From assembly GCA_964016885.1 (NCBI GenBank), contig OZ024755.1, positions 24,552,001-24,616,000 on the forward strand: 64,000 bases of DNA, in the 5' to 3' direction. Shown piece by piece: positions 28,255 to 41,480 of the stretch. This DNA is from Eledone cirrhosa (Eukaryota). The notes beneath the pieces are model-generated. The model had not been told where the DNA came from and ran no database searches. It was given only the letters and a program-made list of their open reading frames with translations. Both the position numbers and the translations under genes were made by a program. Numbering within the stretch: the first letter of the stretch is position 1; each line of letters starts with the position of its first letter.

Positions 28255-28810
28255 CAACAGGATATTTAGCACTCTATGCTCGCTGTAGAATGCGTGCATG
28301 GATATTTAGTTGTCTAGGCTACCTCTAGAATGTGTTCCTGAGTATTTAGCATACTAGACTAGCTCTAAAATGTTTACCTGGGTATTTAATTTCGTAGGCA
28401 ACTCTAGAATTGTTCTTTGGTATTTAGCACTCTAGGTTTGCTCTAGAATGCGTGCCTGGGTATATAGTCATCTAGGCTAGCTCTCAAATGTGTGCCTGAG
28501 TATTTATTTCTCTAGGCTAGCTCTAGAATGTATACCTGAGTATTTAGTAATCTAGGCTAGCTCTAGGATGTGTAACTGAGTATTTAGTTCTCTAGGCTAG
28601 CTCTAGAATGTATACCTGAGTATTTAGTAATCTAGGCTAGCTCTAGGATGTGTAACTGAGTATTTAGTTCTCTAGGCTAGCTCTAGAATGTGTTCCTGTG
28701 CGTTTAGTACTCTAGGGTAGCTCTAGAATGTATGCCTGGTTATTTAGCTCTGTATGGTAACTCTAGAATGTGTACATGGGTATTTAGTACGCTAGGCTAT
28801 CTCTAGAATG
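28255..28810. repeat. 40-bp minisatellite, ~14 copies, with local 80-bp dimer structure
   Basis: Unit TATTTAGTTCTCTAGGCTAGCTCTAGAATGTATACCTGAG. Confidence 0.9.
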
Positions 28811-29899
28811 TTCGCCCCCTTCCTATTAAACATCCCATTTCCCTAAATAAAATAATTTCAAACGAATTTAGCCAACTACCCAACCTAGCTTTTGACATTT
28901 CTTTTTCTGACCACACTAAAACAGTTTCTGTGCCTGCAGTATCCACTGCACTGTCAAAACTCACCCACGCCAAATCATGTGGAAGTTTAAAACACCATAC
29001 GAGCCTCAGCAACGTTTTAAATATTTCTACAGCGTTGCTACGCGGTAATGCTGTTTAGTAATATGAATATTGATCGCAGGAAACTATTATATATTTTATT
29101 TGATTATACAAATTTGTATAAAACTGTGATCTTTTAAGTTTCAATAATGCGCCTCTCTAAGGTCTGTGCCCTATGTTGCTGCCTTGTTGGTTCTAATGGT
29201 TGGGCCTGTCCTATCAATACATGTATTTGTAGTGTTGTGTACATGGACAATTAACTTTATTAACCATATTGAAACTAACGGCAGCCATGTAATACAAACT
29301 GCTGCTCTGTTCAACTTCAATTACAGGCATCAATGAAAAGCAGTGAGCGAAATAAAATAGTAATGCCATTCTCTACAGGAATATAGGAATAAACAAACAT
29401 TGTAAATAAACGATTCAACTATATTAACCATTTCCTCCTCCTCCCTAACCAATATCCGGGACTAAGTTGTTTATTTTTCTTATGTTGCTTCAGTTTCTCT
29501 TATTTTTTCTCTTCCATCACTTTTTCTCCGTACGCCATTACTAAGATAGATTTTTCAGCATCTTTTTTAACGGAAAGCAGCAAATATTAGCTATCGTACA
29601 TAACACATACATACACACATTTACACACACACACACAGAGACACACACTTATATATACACATATATATATACAAATATATATACATATATACATATATAT
29701 ACAAATATATATAGATATGTATATATATATATATATATACAAATAAATATACATAGACACACGTGTGCACACACACACATATATATATATATACATATAT
29801 ATATTTATACACACACATATATACAGTATATACATATATATTCTGAAGAAAGGAATTTTAGGTCCCGAAATATTAGGACGGAAGAAAGAACAGCAACAA

Positions 29900-29996
29900 C
29901 AAAATTCCTTTTGCTCCCTTCTTTAACCTATAGGCTTATAAACAGAGAGGGCCTTATCACTCGGGCCATTTTCGCTTCATACACCCACCTTTCAGA
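29900..29996 (-). mobile_element. Tx1/L1-like ORF-end fragment
   Basis: ERWVYEAKMARVIRPSLFISL-stop. Confidence 0.65.
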
Positions 29997-29997
29997 T

Positions 29998-30060
<63 letters not shown>

Positions 30061-30814
30061 AAGAAATTAGAAGAAGTAGCTGGCCGAAGCCGCTGAGTTA
30101 GCGGTGGATACTCTACTTTTACTGATATACCCACTCTGCAGCATACCATATATCGAGTACTTCTTTGATTTGTTGTCTTCTTGGTCTCAGTACAGCAGAC
30201 TATCAATACAAGCGAAATTGTTTTAATCGACTCTACCCTGTACCCTGTCCTCTACAAACTTGTGAACTTAAGTTTATGCTAGAAATGTTATTTTACCGTT
30301 TATTTTTTGGACATTTTTTCCAGTGTGTTATCACAGCAAGTAATCTGGAAGATTGAACTTTATTACATCTGAAGTATTTGTCAGATCTTATTTCTCCAAG
30401 ACGTGATCAACTTGCAATATTTTACATCAACTTTTCACCGGTTCTGTGAGGTACCAGCTTTTATAATTATTTTCTTATTTTTTCGTTTAAATATTAGAAA
30501 AAGATTTTGTTTCTGATTTAAACGCCTATGTATTGAACCAAGGAACATTGCTAGAGCAAATAAATGTTGATAAGCTAAGCAAATATAAGCTTATAGACTT
30601 GAGACATATTGGAGTTTAAAGAAAATAATAATAGTCGTGTTTGAAGAGGGTAAAGTACATGGAGATAAATATGGAGACATGCTTTATATTCTTGTATTAT
30701 TATAGGGTAAAAAATATCATTGGAAAGAAAGGGAAAGGCCACTTTCAATGATGTCTGGCGACGGAGTTGGAATCAATGGGATTATATCAATGGTTGATTG
30801 ACTGACTGACAGAC

Positions 30815-31140
30815 TAATTTCACGTTATTCCAGTCCACTGTGTCCTTGAGCAAGATACTTTATTTCATGTTACTTCAGTCCAGTGTCCTTGAGCAAGATA
30901 CTTTATTTCATGTTTTTTCAGTTCACTGTGTTCTTGAGAAAGACACTTTATTTCATGTTTTTTTTTCAGTTGAGTGTGTCCTTGAGCAAGATACTTTATT
31001 ACGTGTTACTCCAGCCCACTGTGACTTTGAGCAAGACACTTTATTTCATGTTACTTCAGTCGACTAAGTCCTTGAATAAGACAATTTATTTCACGTTGCT
31101 CCAGTCTATTGTGTCCTTGAGCAAGTCTATTGTGTCCTAG
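30815..31140 (+). repeat. ~44-bp tandem array derived from a SINE core segment
   Basis: Unit TGTGTCCTTGAGCAAGATACTTTATTTCATGTTACTTCAGTCCAC. Confidence 0.8.
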
Positions 31141-31453
31141 CAGTTACATGTGATGCGCTGTTCGGTTGGATTGTATTCCTGAGTTAAGGCGATAGAATAG
31201 GGAGAGTCGAAGTCCGTTTAGATGTGTCTTTGCACGTTTAAACTTTGACTGTACCCTAAGCTAGTCGATGTTGAAACAGTTGTAATATACCATTAAATTT
31301 TGTACATATGCTGCAACACTGATTCCGACTCTACACAATCTCTCTCTCTCTATATATATATATGGGGGGGGGGGGGGGCGTGTATTGCTTGCGTTTGTTC
31401 TGGGTGTGTCTGCGTTCGGATTTCTGTGTTTGACGGTTCTACTTACTTTTTTG

Positions 31454-31487
<34 letters not shown>

Positions 31488-31489
<2 letters not shown>

Positions 31490-31680
31490 GGAACAAGTAA
31501 GACCCCGACGGCTGAGCTCAAGCCGTTTCGACGGCTAATTCTGGACTGAATTAACCGTCGAAACGGCTTGAGCTCAGCCGTCGGGGTCTTACTTGTTCCT
31601 ATTACCCACTCTACTACCCTAAGTATTGAGTACTTTGGTGCGTTATGGTCCACCTGGTTCCTTACCACATTTCCTTCGTT
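31488..31680 (+). mobile_element. (TA)n-embedded fold-back element, family B
   Basis: 54-bp inverted arms 31488-31541 / 31548-31601; hammerhead 3' half GAA-ACGGCTtgagctcAGCCGT-C-GGGG; ACTC/GAGT hairpin 31608-31631. Confidence 0.85.
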
Positions 31681-31698
31681 ATATATATATATATATTG

Positions 31699-31767
<69 letters not shown>

Positions 31768-32076
31768 CACGTTAGGTTTGCCGAATTTCAAGGGTGAGTA
31801 CGGTTTGGTTTGGCAAATATATATGTGAATAGTCAGAGAATTGGATTCGCAATCATGAGGTTGCGAGTTCGATTCCTGGTCGAGTCGGGCGATGCGTTGC
31901 TCCTTCTGCCAGGTGATGCGACCGGTAGATAGTACAATCAAAGGAAATACCAATGGAAACATTGTTTTCTTGGTCCGATCCGATGAGTTCCACCCCACTC
32001 GGTAAGAGAATGAAATTTGGGAGCTTGGCGACCAATTCCTTGATATATATATGTATGTATGTATATATATATATAG

Positions 32077-32161
<85 letters not shown>

Positions 32162-32164
32162 AGG

Positions 32165-32206
<42 letters not shown>

Positions 32207-32782
32207 CAAACCTGCATTGACATATATATATATATTCTGTGTTTATGTTTAGATGTATATCGCAAGAAAAAATAAAGAAAAGAAAAACAAGAAATATTTC
32301 AACATACTTAAATACAGACAATAATAAAACACACCCAGTCCCTAGTGGGCTCCGAACAAACTATTGTGAATAGAGGGAGAGAACCACTTTGTTCTAAGAC
32401 AACTTAAAAGTAGCACTTGAAGACACATATTAAATCTAATCTAGAAGTGTGTGTATGTATACATACATATATCATCATCATCATCATCACCGTTTTACGT
32501 CCGTTCTTCCACGCTAGCATGGGTTAGATGGGTTGTCCTGTTGTGGGCAGTGTCTGGTCGGCTGACCATGCCTTGCTCATACAGGAACTGATTTGGCTTG
32601 ATTTCTACAGCTGGATGCCCTTACTAACACCAACCTCATTTACAGTGAGTGCTGGGTGCTTTTTCGTGGCGCCTACACGTCCACTTTACAGTGTGGGCTG
32701 GGTGCTTTTTTGCCGTGGCACCTCCACGACCACCTTGCAGTGGGAGGGTGCGGGGGCATATTGTCTATATACATATACATAC

Positions 32783-32816
<34 letters not shown>

Positions 32817-33201
32817 ATGTATGTATGTATTATGTATGTATGTGTGTGTGTGCGTGTTTGTTTGTGGGTGGGTGTGGGTGTGTGTATGTGTGTGTGAAGG
32901 TGTGTATGAATGGTTGAGAAAATTAGGCACTTAAAAAATATATAAAGATATAGTCGAGTAGAAACCCGGTTAAGTAGAGTTACTACACCCATACACCCCC
33001 ATACACATATATATATGTGTGCGTATATGTATGTATGTCTGTGTGTACGTGTGTGTGTGAAGACAAAGTCATGTCATGAAGAGAGCTGTACCAGAGCTCA
33101 TCACAATACAAATAATGGTATATCTGAATAAGTCTTAAAAGATCACAAAAAAATTGCCTTAATGTTTCGGACGCTAGTTTTTCCTCAAATGTTTAAAAAA
33201 A

Positions 33202-33423
33202 TGTAGAAGCCATTTCTATATTAAAGTTATATATATATATAACTTTAATATAGAAATGGCTTCTACAGGAGATAGAACTGTTTCACCCGAAGGGTGATGA
33301 TTTCCTTCGGGTGAAACTTTTCTAGACCTGTAGAAGCCATTTCTATATTAAATTTGTTCTCTACACTTTACTAGTGTATTGAGTACCTTACTTACTGCGG
33401 TTACCCCCGATTGAACCCAAGAC
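33202..33423 (+). mobile_element. Three-armed fold-back hammerhead element around a (TA)n tract
   Basis: Arm 33202-33228, (TA)6, inverted arm 33241-33293, sense TGATGA-TTTCCTTCGGGT-GAAAC 33295-33317; hairpin 33358-33384. Confidence 0.75.
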
Positions 33424-33441
33424 TATATATATATTATATCT

Positions 33442-33473
<32 letters not shown>

Positions 33474-33831
33474 ATGTGTGCGTCTTTGTGTGTTTGTGTT
33501 TGTAAACTTAACTTCGCTGCAGTTTAGTGAAGAAACCGAATATATCTTATTCCGTCTGTAAAGCTAAGGATCGTGTATTAGCACTCACTAATGTTCGTGG
33601 AATGAAATAATAGAAATAGGAATGGAAGCTAATGAAATAAAGTGTTTGTCATTGTTATTATTGTTAGTGCTAACAGCTCATGGGACCAATAACGAACGTA
33701 ACAACAACAGGAATACACCCAAAATCTCTAACATTCAGACACCCTCCAACCCATATGCAACGGCTTAAACACACATTAATATAACACGCACACACACACA
33801 CATATATATAAATATATATTTATATATATAA

Positions 33832-33908
<77 letters not shown>

Positions 33909-34023
33909 TATATATATATTTATATATATAAATATATATATATATTTATATATATAAATATATATATATAAAGGGAAGTAAGGCTTCTATACAAAACTGG
34001 ATATAGAGAAAAGGTGAAACTTC

Positions 34024-34097
<74 letters not shown>

Positions 34098-34099
<2 letters not shown>

Positions 34100-34637
34100 G
34101 ATAAAACTACCAAGAGTTTACGGTAGTGTCCAATCCGTATGAAGAACTCAATGTATTCCGGATATCATGGAAAGAAGAGATGTAATGAAAAACCACTTTC
34201 GGTGAGAGATAAAAGGTATACAGAGTCAAGATAAAATATTAAACAAATAATGAATAAACAATTCCTTATATTAAACAAAAAAAGTTCATTATTTAACGAT
34301 CGTTTCTAGGATATATATGTGTTAGAATTGGTATGCATATTCAACAGATCTATGTACAAAATTATACAAAATTATACAAATTATCAAGATTAAATATACA
34401 TACCAAACACATATATACGCCGTCTTCAGAAATAATCATGATTATTTCTGAAGACGGCGTATATATGTGTTTGGTATGTATATTTAATCTTGATAATTTG
34501 TATAATTTTGTATAATTTTGTACATAGATCTGTTGAATATGCATACCAATTCTAACACATATATATCCTAGAAACGATCGTTAAATAATGAACTTTTTTT
34601 GTTTAATATAAGGAATTGTTTATTCATTATTTGTTTA

Positions 34638-34646
<9 letters not shown>
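34098..34646 (-). mobile_element. (TA)n-embedded element containing a 416-bp palindrome
   Basis: Palindrome 34231-34646 centred on TCATGA (34436-34441), which gives identical ORFs on both strands; tail 34230-34098. Confidence 0.9.
34441..34589 (+). ncRNA. Type I hammerhead ribozyme with ~115-nt stem II (mirror copy on minus strand)
   Basis: ATTATTT-CTGAAGA(34448-34454)-long hairpin-GAAA(34571-34574)-CGATCGT-T-AAATAAT. Confidence 0.8.
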
Positions 34647-34682
<36 letters not shown>

Positions 34683-35054
34683 CATTTCTTGTTGACACCA
34701 ACAAATCTGTGTTGTAGATAACGTAAAGAATAGTGAATTGTTTTTGTTTTTGTTACAACACTTCAATTGTCACACACACGTGTGTGTGTGTGTGTGTGAA
34801 TATATATGCATTTCTTTCTTTTCTTACTCTCTTCTATCTTTCTATTTCTTCTACCTCTCATTCTACCTTTTGACGAATGACTAATGACCGAAACGTTAGT
34901 CACTTTTCTTAATATATCAAGTATTAAATATCATAGTTCTCCTGGGTTGTTTTTCCACCTTGACTTTTCGCATACGTACATACACACACACATGTATTTT
35001 TGCAGATATAACTTTATGAACGATCTATGTATCTATCTACTTATCTCTCTATCT

Positions 35055-35370
35055 ATCTTTTTTTTCAAATACCACTTTAGAAGAAGAATCAGGATGGAAA
35101 GAGAGGCGATGTATCCCAGCAAGTTTTATGAAAGGTGGGTGAAAGTGGCGAGAATGGCCCGAGTGAATGGGCCTTCTCTCTATATCAGCCTGTAAGTTGA
35201 GGAAAAAGAGGAAGAGAGGAAAGGCGTAGTCACTCTTCGTACTCCTGGAGATGAAGGTTGCACATTTTTTCGGGGGTATGTGTTACCCATATGTAATGTG
35301 TTACCCATATGTAAACTTCCTCCTTTGTATTGTCCCCTTCTTTTGTGCCCCTGTGGCTAATAAAGAAACA
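35055..35370 (+). mobile_element. Tx1/L1-like LINE 3' end between (TATC)n tracts
   Basis: [44 protein letters not shown]-stop, 3' UTR, AATAAA, then (ATCT)n. Clade call rests on the C-terminal F...W pattern and is tentative. Confidence 0.65.
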
Positions 35371-35376
35371 TATCTA

Positions 35377-35449
<73 letters not shown>

Positions 35450-35462
35450 ATCTCTCTCTCTC

Positions 35463-35598
<136 letters not shown>

Positions 35599-36077
35599 AT
35601 ATGACAGGTTACCATAGAGTTTCAGTCAACCACACCATTTCACTGAAAAATAACAGAAGCCACTTATCCAAGCTGTCATCCATTATGACTGAGCCCGAAA
35701 CCTTGTGGTTGCTAAGTAAATCCCTTAGCTACATAGTGATGCCTGATCCTATACAGTTGATATAGTTAAATAAATTTCCTTTTCATTTCCCCTAATCATT
35801 GTAAAAACTCTTTATTTATTTCTCTCTCCCTTTTTCTCCCCTCATCTCTGTTTCATCTCTTTCTACCCCCCCCCCCCCCTCTCTGTATTCCATCTCTGAT
35901 GGAGACGTTGGTCTAAACCTGGCCCTATGATCTCAACCTCTCTTCACAGTCTTGTTCATTGTCCGAATATTTTTGACCTGTGGAGATAAGTTAAACAACT
36001 GTTAATGCCTGTGAGATAGAGCCATCCGTCAGTTAGTATACAATCTTTATATTGTTTCCCCCACTTTCCTTCGACAG

Positions 36078-36202
36078 GGAAGAGCAGCGGTCAGGTTTCC
36101 TGTGTAGTAACTATGGAGAAATAAATGTGGCGGACAATATTGAAATCATTATGAACAGGGGCTGCCTTCTCCGGTCAAATCTTCAAATACCACTTGAAAA
36201 AG
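36078..36202 (+). CDS. Candidate internal coding exon of an unidentified host gene
   Basis: Polypyrimidine acceptor TTTCCCCCACTTTCCTTCGACAG, consensus donor AAG|GTGAGT, 125 bp, one open frame (EEQRSGFLCSNYGEINVADNIEIIMNRGCLLRSNLQIPLEK). Confidence 0.5.
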
Positions 36203-36214
36203 GTGAGTGTAGAA

Positions 36215-36775
36215 AGATGTATATGTTTTTAAAATATCTTCGCTAACTGATCCCTGGCTCAGTCTGAAAGATATGTCTGTTTGATTATATCTTTGTCATT
36301 TGATCCTACTCTGTCTCAAATGTGTGTATGTTACTAATATATCTTCGGTAGCTGATCCTACGTTCAGTCATAAAGGTGTGTATGTTACTAATATGTCTTC
36401 ATCAGTTGATCCTACGCTCAGTCACAAAGGTGTATATGTTATTATTACGGTGAATTGGCAGTATCGGTAGAGGGTCGGACATGCTTTCCAGCGTAGTTAC
36501 GTCCCTTTACGATCTGAGTTCAAATCCCGCCGAGGTTGACTTTGCCTTTCATCCGTACAGGGTCGATAAAATAAAGTACCAGTAGTGTACTGTGTAATTG
36601 CTGGCCTTGTGCCAAAAGTAGAAACAATTATTATATCTTCATCAGCTGATCCTACGCTCAGTCTCAAAGGTGTATATGTTTAAGTATATCGTCGTTAGCT
36701 GAACCTAATCTCAATCTCAAAAATGTGTATGTACTAATATATCTTCGTTGATATATCTTACTCTTACTCAGTCTG
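36215..36775. repeat. Degenerate ~55-bp minisatellite interrupted by a main-family SINE (36449-36633)
   Basis: Unit AGGTGTGTATGTTACTAATATATCTTC..AGCTGATCCTACGCTCAGTCTCAA. Confidence 0.75.
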
Positions 36776-37039
36776 CTACTGAAGACTGTTAACTGAAACT
36801 AGTAGATGGCATTCGCCTTTGTTGTTTAGAACAATATGTAATTGTGTGACTGTCTTACTAAAGAAATACTTCCTATTTAAGTTAATTCGTGTCGAACTTT
36901 AAAGGATTTACAAAGCATAACTAAAACTGTAACATAACACATTGTTTTTACATAAAATTATGCTGGAAGATTTTAATTCAAGTTGGAACCCAGATAAAAT
37001 GGGTGGCTTTGTTTCATAGGGCCGGGTTTGGTCGGGTTG

Positions 37040-37797
37040 ATATAAAGTGTTAAACAATAACCAGACAATCACAGCTGAGGTTCACTATCGACAACTTATA
37101 TATGTTAAATCATCTTTGGACCAGAACACCCATCATTAGCGAACAAAAAGGGAGTCATTCTCCATCACAATAGTACCTGTTCCCACAGTGAACACTAAGG
37201 TGTTCCTCCAAGTGGTTAGGGTTCATGATCGTAATATAGTTGGTTCGATTCCTGGACGGTCAGCACGGTGTATCCGCGAGTAAAACTCTTCATTCTTCAT
37301 TTCACGCCGTTTCAGTCAACTCCGCTGAACATGAGAACCAACAACACCTGGGAGATTAAGCCTGTAATATACTGGCGTCGCGTTCACATGTGTGTTTTGT
37401 ACTCTTGTACTCCCAACTCACTTAACGTCAATGAAACCCGAATAAGCTTGATGCAAACTTTAAACTTTAAGCTTTTTAACATACGATACGAGCAACCAAG
37501 GACCTCCTAGAGGGACATGCCTGAGAAAAATTCCTTCCGGCATCATATTCTCTCGTTTTTACTCCTTCAGATTATCATTTGTTTAAACTATTTTGATTAA
37601 CTAAAGACAAGTATTGTGGGTGACTTTGTCCCATCAAAAACCTAAAACATTTTACAAACATGACAGCTATAATCTTGTTGACAGATGGAATAAGGTTATG
37701 AAAGACAATGGAAAATATATTGGTGATTATAATACATCCATAAATACCACTATTTTGCTTTGTAAAATCGGAGAGAACTTTCTATCCAAACTGATAC
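37040..37797 (+). pseudogene. Decayed mariner transposase fragment with right TIR, interrupted by a SINE-like insert (~37205-37500)
   Basis: NNNQTITAEVHYRQL, LANKKGVILHHNS, YSLVFTPSDYHLF (cf. YSPDLAPSDYHLF), KPKTFY...LVDRWNKVMKDNGKYIGD. Confidence 0.8.
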
Positions 37798-37870
37798 ATA
37801 TGTAGATATAGAGATAGTTAAATAGACAGATAGATGCACATATAGACATACACACAAACACGCAAACACA

Positions 37871-37930
<60 letters not shown>

Positions 37931-37952
37931 ATATATATACATCTATACATAT

Positions 37953-38017
<65 letters not shown>

Positions 38018-38222
38018 TGGGGAAGGGTGTATATCCAGTATAGAACATGACGCCTACTTAATAAAGTGAAGATTAACTTTTCACATGTCAAACAGGTGTC
38101 ACCACAACATCCCGACAAATAAATCTACAACATACATACATTAAAACATTATATATATATATATATATACATAAAACTATATATATATATATATATATAT
38201 ATAAATATATATATATATAAAT

Positions 38223-38314
<92 letters not shown>

Positions 38315-38317
<3 letters not shown>

Positions 38318-38519
38318 GGTTTCTACAAGACTAAAAGTGTTTCGTTCAATCATCAGGAATAATAAGATATTCCTGATGATTTCGAACGAATGAAACAGTT
38401 TTACTTGTATAGAGGCAATGTATGTATATATGAAATAAATACTCATTTATTCTACTGATGTATTGAGTACATTAGTTAACTGTAGTTTCTTCCTGACCGC
38501 CTTCGAAAAGCTATTATTA

Positions 38520-38520
<1 letters not shown>
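38315..38520 (+). mobile_element. (TA)n-embedded fold-back hammerhead element related to 33241-33423
   Basis: Imperfect arms around 38362; CTGATGA-TTTCGaaCGAAT-GAAACAGTT at 38373-38400; ATTC-TAC...GTA-TT-GAGT 38449-38468. Confidence 0.7.
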
Positions 38521-38565
<45 letters not shown>

Positions 38566-38666
38566 CATCTTTATATATGTGAGTATATGTGCGTTTATAT
38601 ATATATATATGTATATATATATAAGGAATAACAAAATATCGTTATAGGTAATCCACTTAGAGGTTG

Positions 38667-38717
<51 letters not shown>

Positions 38718-38721
<4 letters not shown>

Positions 38722-39021
38722 GATAACAGATTATTGTTATAGGTAGTCCACCAATGTGCAATCCAGTTAGGGTACTCCGAGTAGTGGATGATATCAACGC
38801 TTGGCTAAGTTTGACTCAACAAGGTGTTTCCATAGTGATGCTGCGAGTACGCGGTGATTTATATGTTGCTAACACTTGGAGTAATGATCAATCAAGAAAG
38901 AAGAGTGACACGGTTTGCTATACAAAAAAGGTTTTTAATCACATTTCAGAGAAACAATTGTCAGCAATGTGATTAAAAACCTTTTTTGTATAGCAAACCG
39001 TGTCACTCTTCTTTCCTGATT
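38718..39021 (-). mobile_element. (TA)n-embedded fold-back element with hammerhead 3' half in the loop
   Basis: 56-bp arms 38890-38945 / 38966-39021; loop contains GAA-ACAATTGT-C; extended ACTC/GAGT hairpin 38814-38882. Confidence 0.8.
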
Positions 39022-39115
<94 letters not shown>

Positions 39116-39124
39116 CTCCCAACT

Positions 39125-39478
39125 CATCTATATGCATCAGGTTTCCAGAAAAGAACTCTGCCAGCAGGTTCATTGTGACGTTTCCCATTCTCGGCTAATG
39201 CGAGCATCCTGTGCCTTATGATGTCAGAAAGGCGAGGGTGTGTGCCATAGAGCGATTTCTTTGCTATGTGTGTTCCCCAGGATATGTTCTGGACCTTTCT
39301 CTGCATCTGGGTTAATGTGCCATGAATCCTCTTTTTGAGTGTTTTGTCAGTGTCCATGACTCACGTTCGTTGTTTTAAGTCGCCTCATTTATTGTGGTTT
39401 TCTTGATCGGAGACACCCACACATTTGATAAGGAGTTCAGAGCCCCCATCCCCATGCCTTGCCTATCCTGGTGTCCAT
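39125..39478 (-). mobile_element. RTE LINE C-terminal fragment
   Basis: KTLKKRIHGTLTQMQRKVQNISWGTHIAKKSLYG...IRHRMLALA...HNEPAGRVLFWKP. Confidence 0.8.
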
Positions 39479-39481
39479 ATG

Positions 39482-39549
<68 letters not shown>

Positions 39550-39550
39550 T

Positions 39551-39624
<74 letters not shown>

Positions 39625-39636
39625 TATAAACATGTA

Positions 39637-39696
<60 letters not shown>

Positions 39697-39838
39697 TATA
39701 CTGTATATTAGTAAATGTACTCAGGGTAAACGGACACAAATGTCAAACGATCACAAGCACCTAAGCTTCTCATCAGCCACCTAGGGAAATACAATTTCGC
39801 ACGTTAACGTGTATTATTTTATCCGGGTCGCACACTAT

Positions 39839-39885
<47 letters not shown>

Positions 39886-40119
39886 TGTGTGTGTGTGTGT
39901 ACCTATGTATTTATGGAGAGATATAAACATTGTATCAATATATTTATTGATACAAGTGCTGACGAGTTTAGTGAAGCGAAGCACGGGTATTTCATGTCTT
40001 CTTTCATTCGATTTTTATCTCTTTTGTCTCTCTCTTTCTCTCTCCTTTCTTTTATCATATATATATATAATTATATATTTAAAAGCAGGCTAGTTTACCA
40101 TATATATATATATATTTAT

Positions 40120-40151
<32 letters not shown>

Positions 40152-40216
40152 ATATATATATATACACATATATACACATATATACACATATATATATATA
40201 TATATATATATATGTG

Positions 40217-40272
<56 letters not shown>

Positions 40273-40336
40273 ATTATATATATGATAAAAGAAAGGAGAG
40301 GGAAAGAACGATATAATATATATATATATATAATAA

Positions 40337-40394
<58 letters not shown>

Positions 40395-40569
40395 TGTGTG
40401 GTTGCATATGTATGTAAACATTATATATGCATATGTACATGTATACATATCTTCATTTGTTGGTTCGTCTTTTTATATTGTCAACAAAAGAACTTCACTA
40501 ACCTAACGACGGTGTGAAGATGTTTCACTCAGCTGACCTGGAGTATATACATTTAAATTGTACACACCC

Positions 40570-40637
<68 letters not shown>

Positions 40638-40837
40638 TCATATGTCTATCTCTCTGTCTGTCTATGTATGTATGTATGACTCGAGGTAGAGCTAAACTAA
40701 CCAGTTCGATAATATACTGGTTACCACAAAACAGCAATGAAAGTTCAATACGAAAAGCTGAACAACATTGAGAAAAAAAAGAAACAAACTTACGGAGTGA
40801 TGTGTAACACGTCTCAAGAGACTCAACTACAAAGATA

Positions 40838-41142
40838 ATAATAATTGTTTCTACTTTTGGCACAAGGCCAGCAATTATCTCAGTACATTACTGGTACTTT
40901 ATTTTATTGACCACGTAAGGATGAAAGGTAAAGTTAACCTCGACGGGAATAATAATAATTGTTTCTACTTTTGGCACAAGGCCAGCAATTACACAGTGCA
41001 TTACTGGTACTTTATTTTACCGACCCCTTAAGGATGAAAGGCAAAGTTAACTTTGGCGGGATTTGAACTCAGAATGGAAAGGGCCGTAATTCTATGCATC
41101 AAAGCGTGGCGTCAAGCCCTCTACCGATACTGCCAATCCACC
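40838..41142 (-). mobile_element. Two tandem main-family SINEs (truncated 40838-40948, full 40951-41142)
   Basis: Family consensus match. Confidence 0.88.
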
Positions 41143-41144
41143 AA

Positions 41145-41480
41145 TGATTTCTTTATTGATCACAAAGGGTTTACATTAAGAAAATCATCATGGCAATACA
41201 GGACGAAAACATAGCGTATGTGTATGTGTTCGTGTGTGAGTTTTGCGTGTAAACAAAGTTTAACAATGTTTCAAAAAAAGATAATAAAATTAAAACAAAG
41301 AAGGTTCCTCAATAGGGAGAGGTTCAAGGGTCATCCGTGGAAAAAATTCCATAAAACCACGGATGCCCTGATCTTTGGGGTAAATGCCCGGTCCCAGTTG
41401 TACTTCTTTAATCTACAGGCTCACACTCAGAGTGGGTCCATACTCTCAGGCCATACTCGCTTCTCTCACCCACCTTTCAA
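41145..41480 (-). mobile_element. Diverged Tx1/L1-like 3' end
   Basis: ERWVREASMA-stop-VWTHSECEP-like remnant and TTTCTTTATT terminus. Confidence 0.55.

Noticed and set aside
29029-29060. Helitron-like 3' hairpin followed by TTAG
   Set aside because: Terminus is not CTRR, no matching 5' end and no second copy in the window.
30323-30451. Possible exon bounded by TTTTTTCCAG and GAG|GTACC
   Set aside because: Stop codons in all three frames.
34333-34544. Identical 60-aa ORFs on both strands
   Set aside because: A by-product of the palindrome, not evidence of coding.
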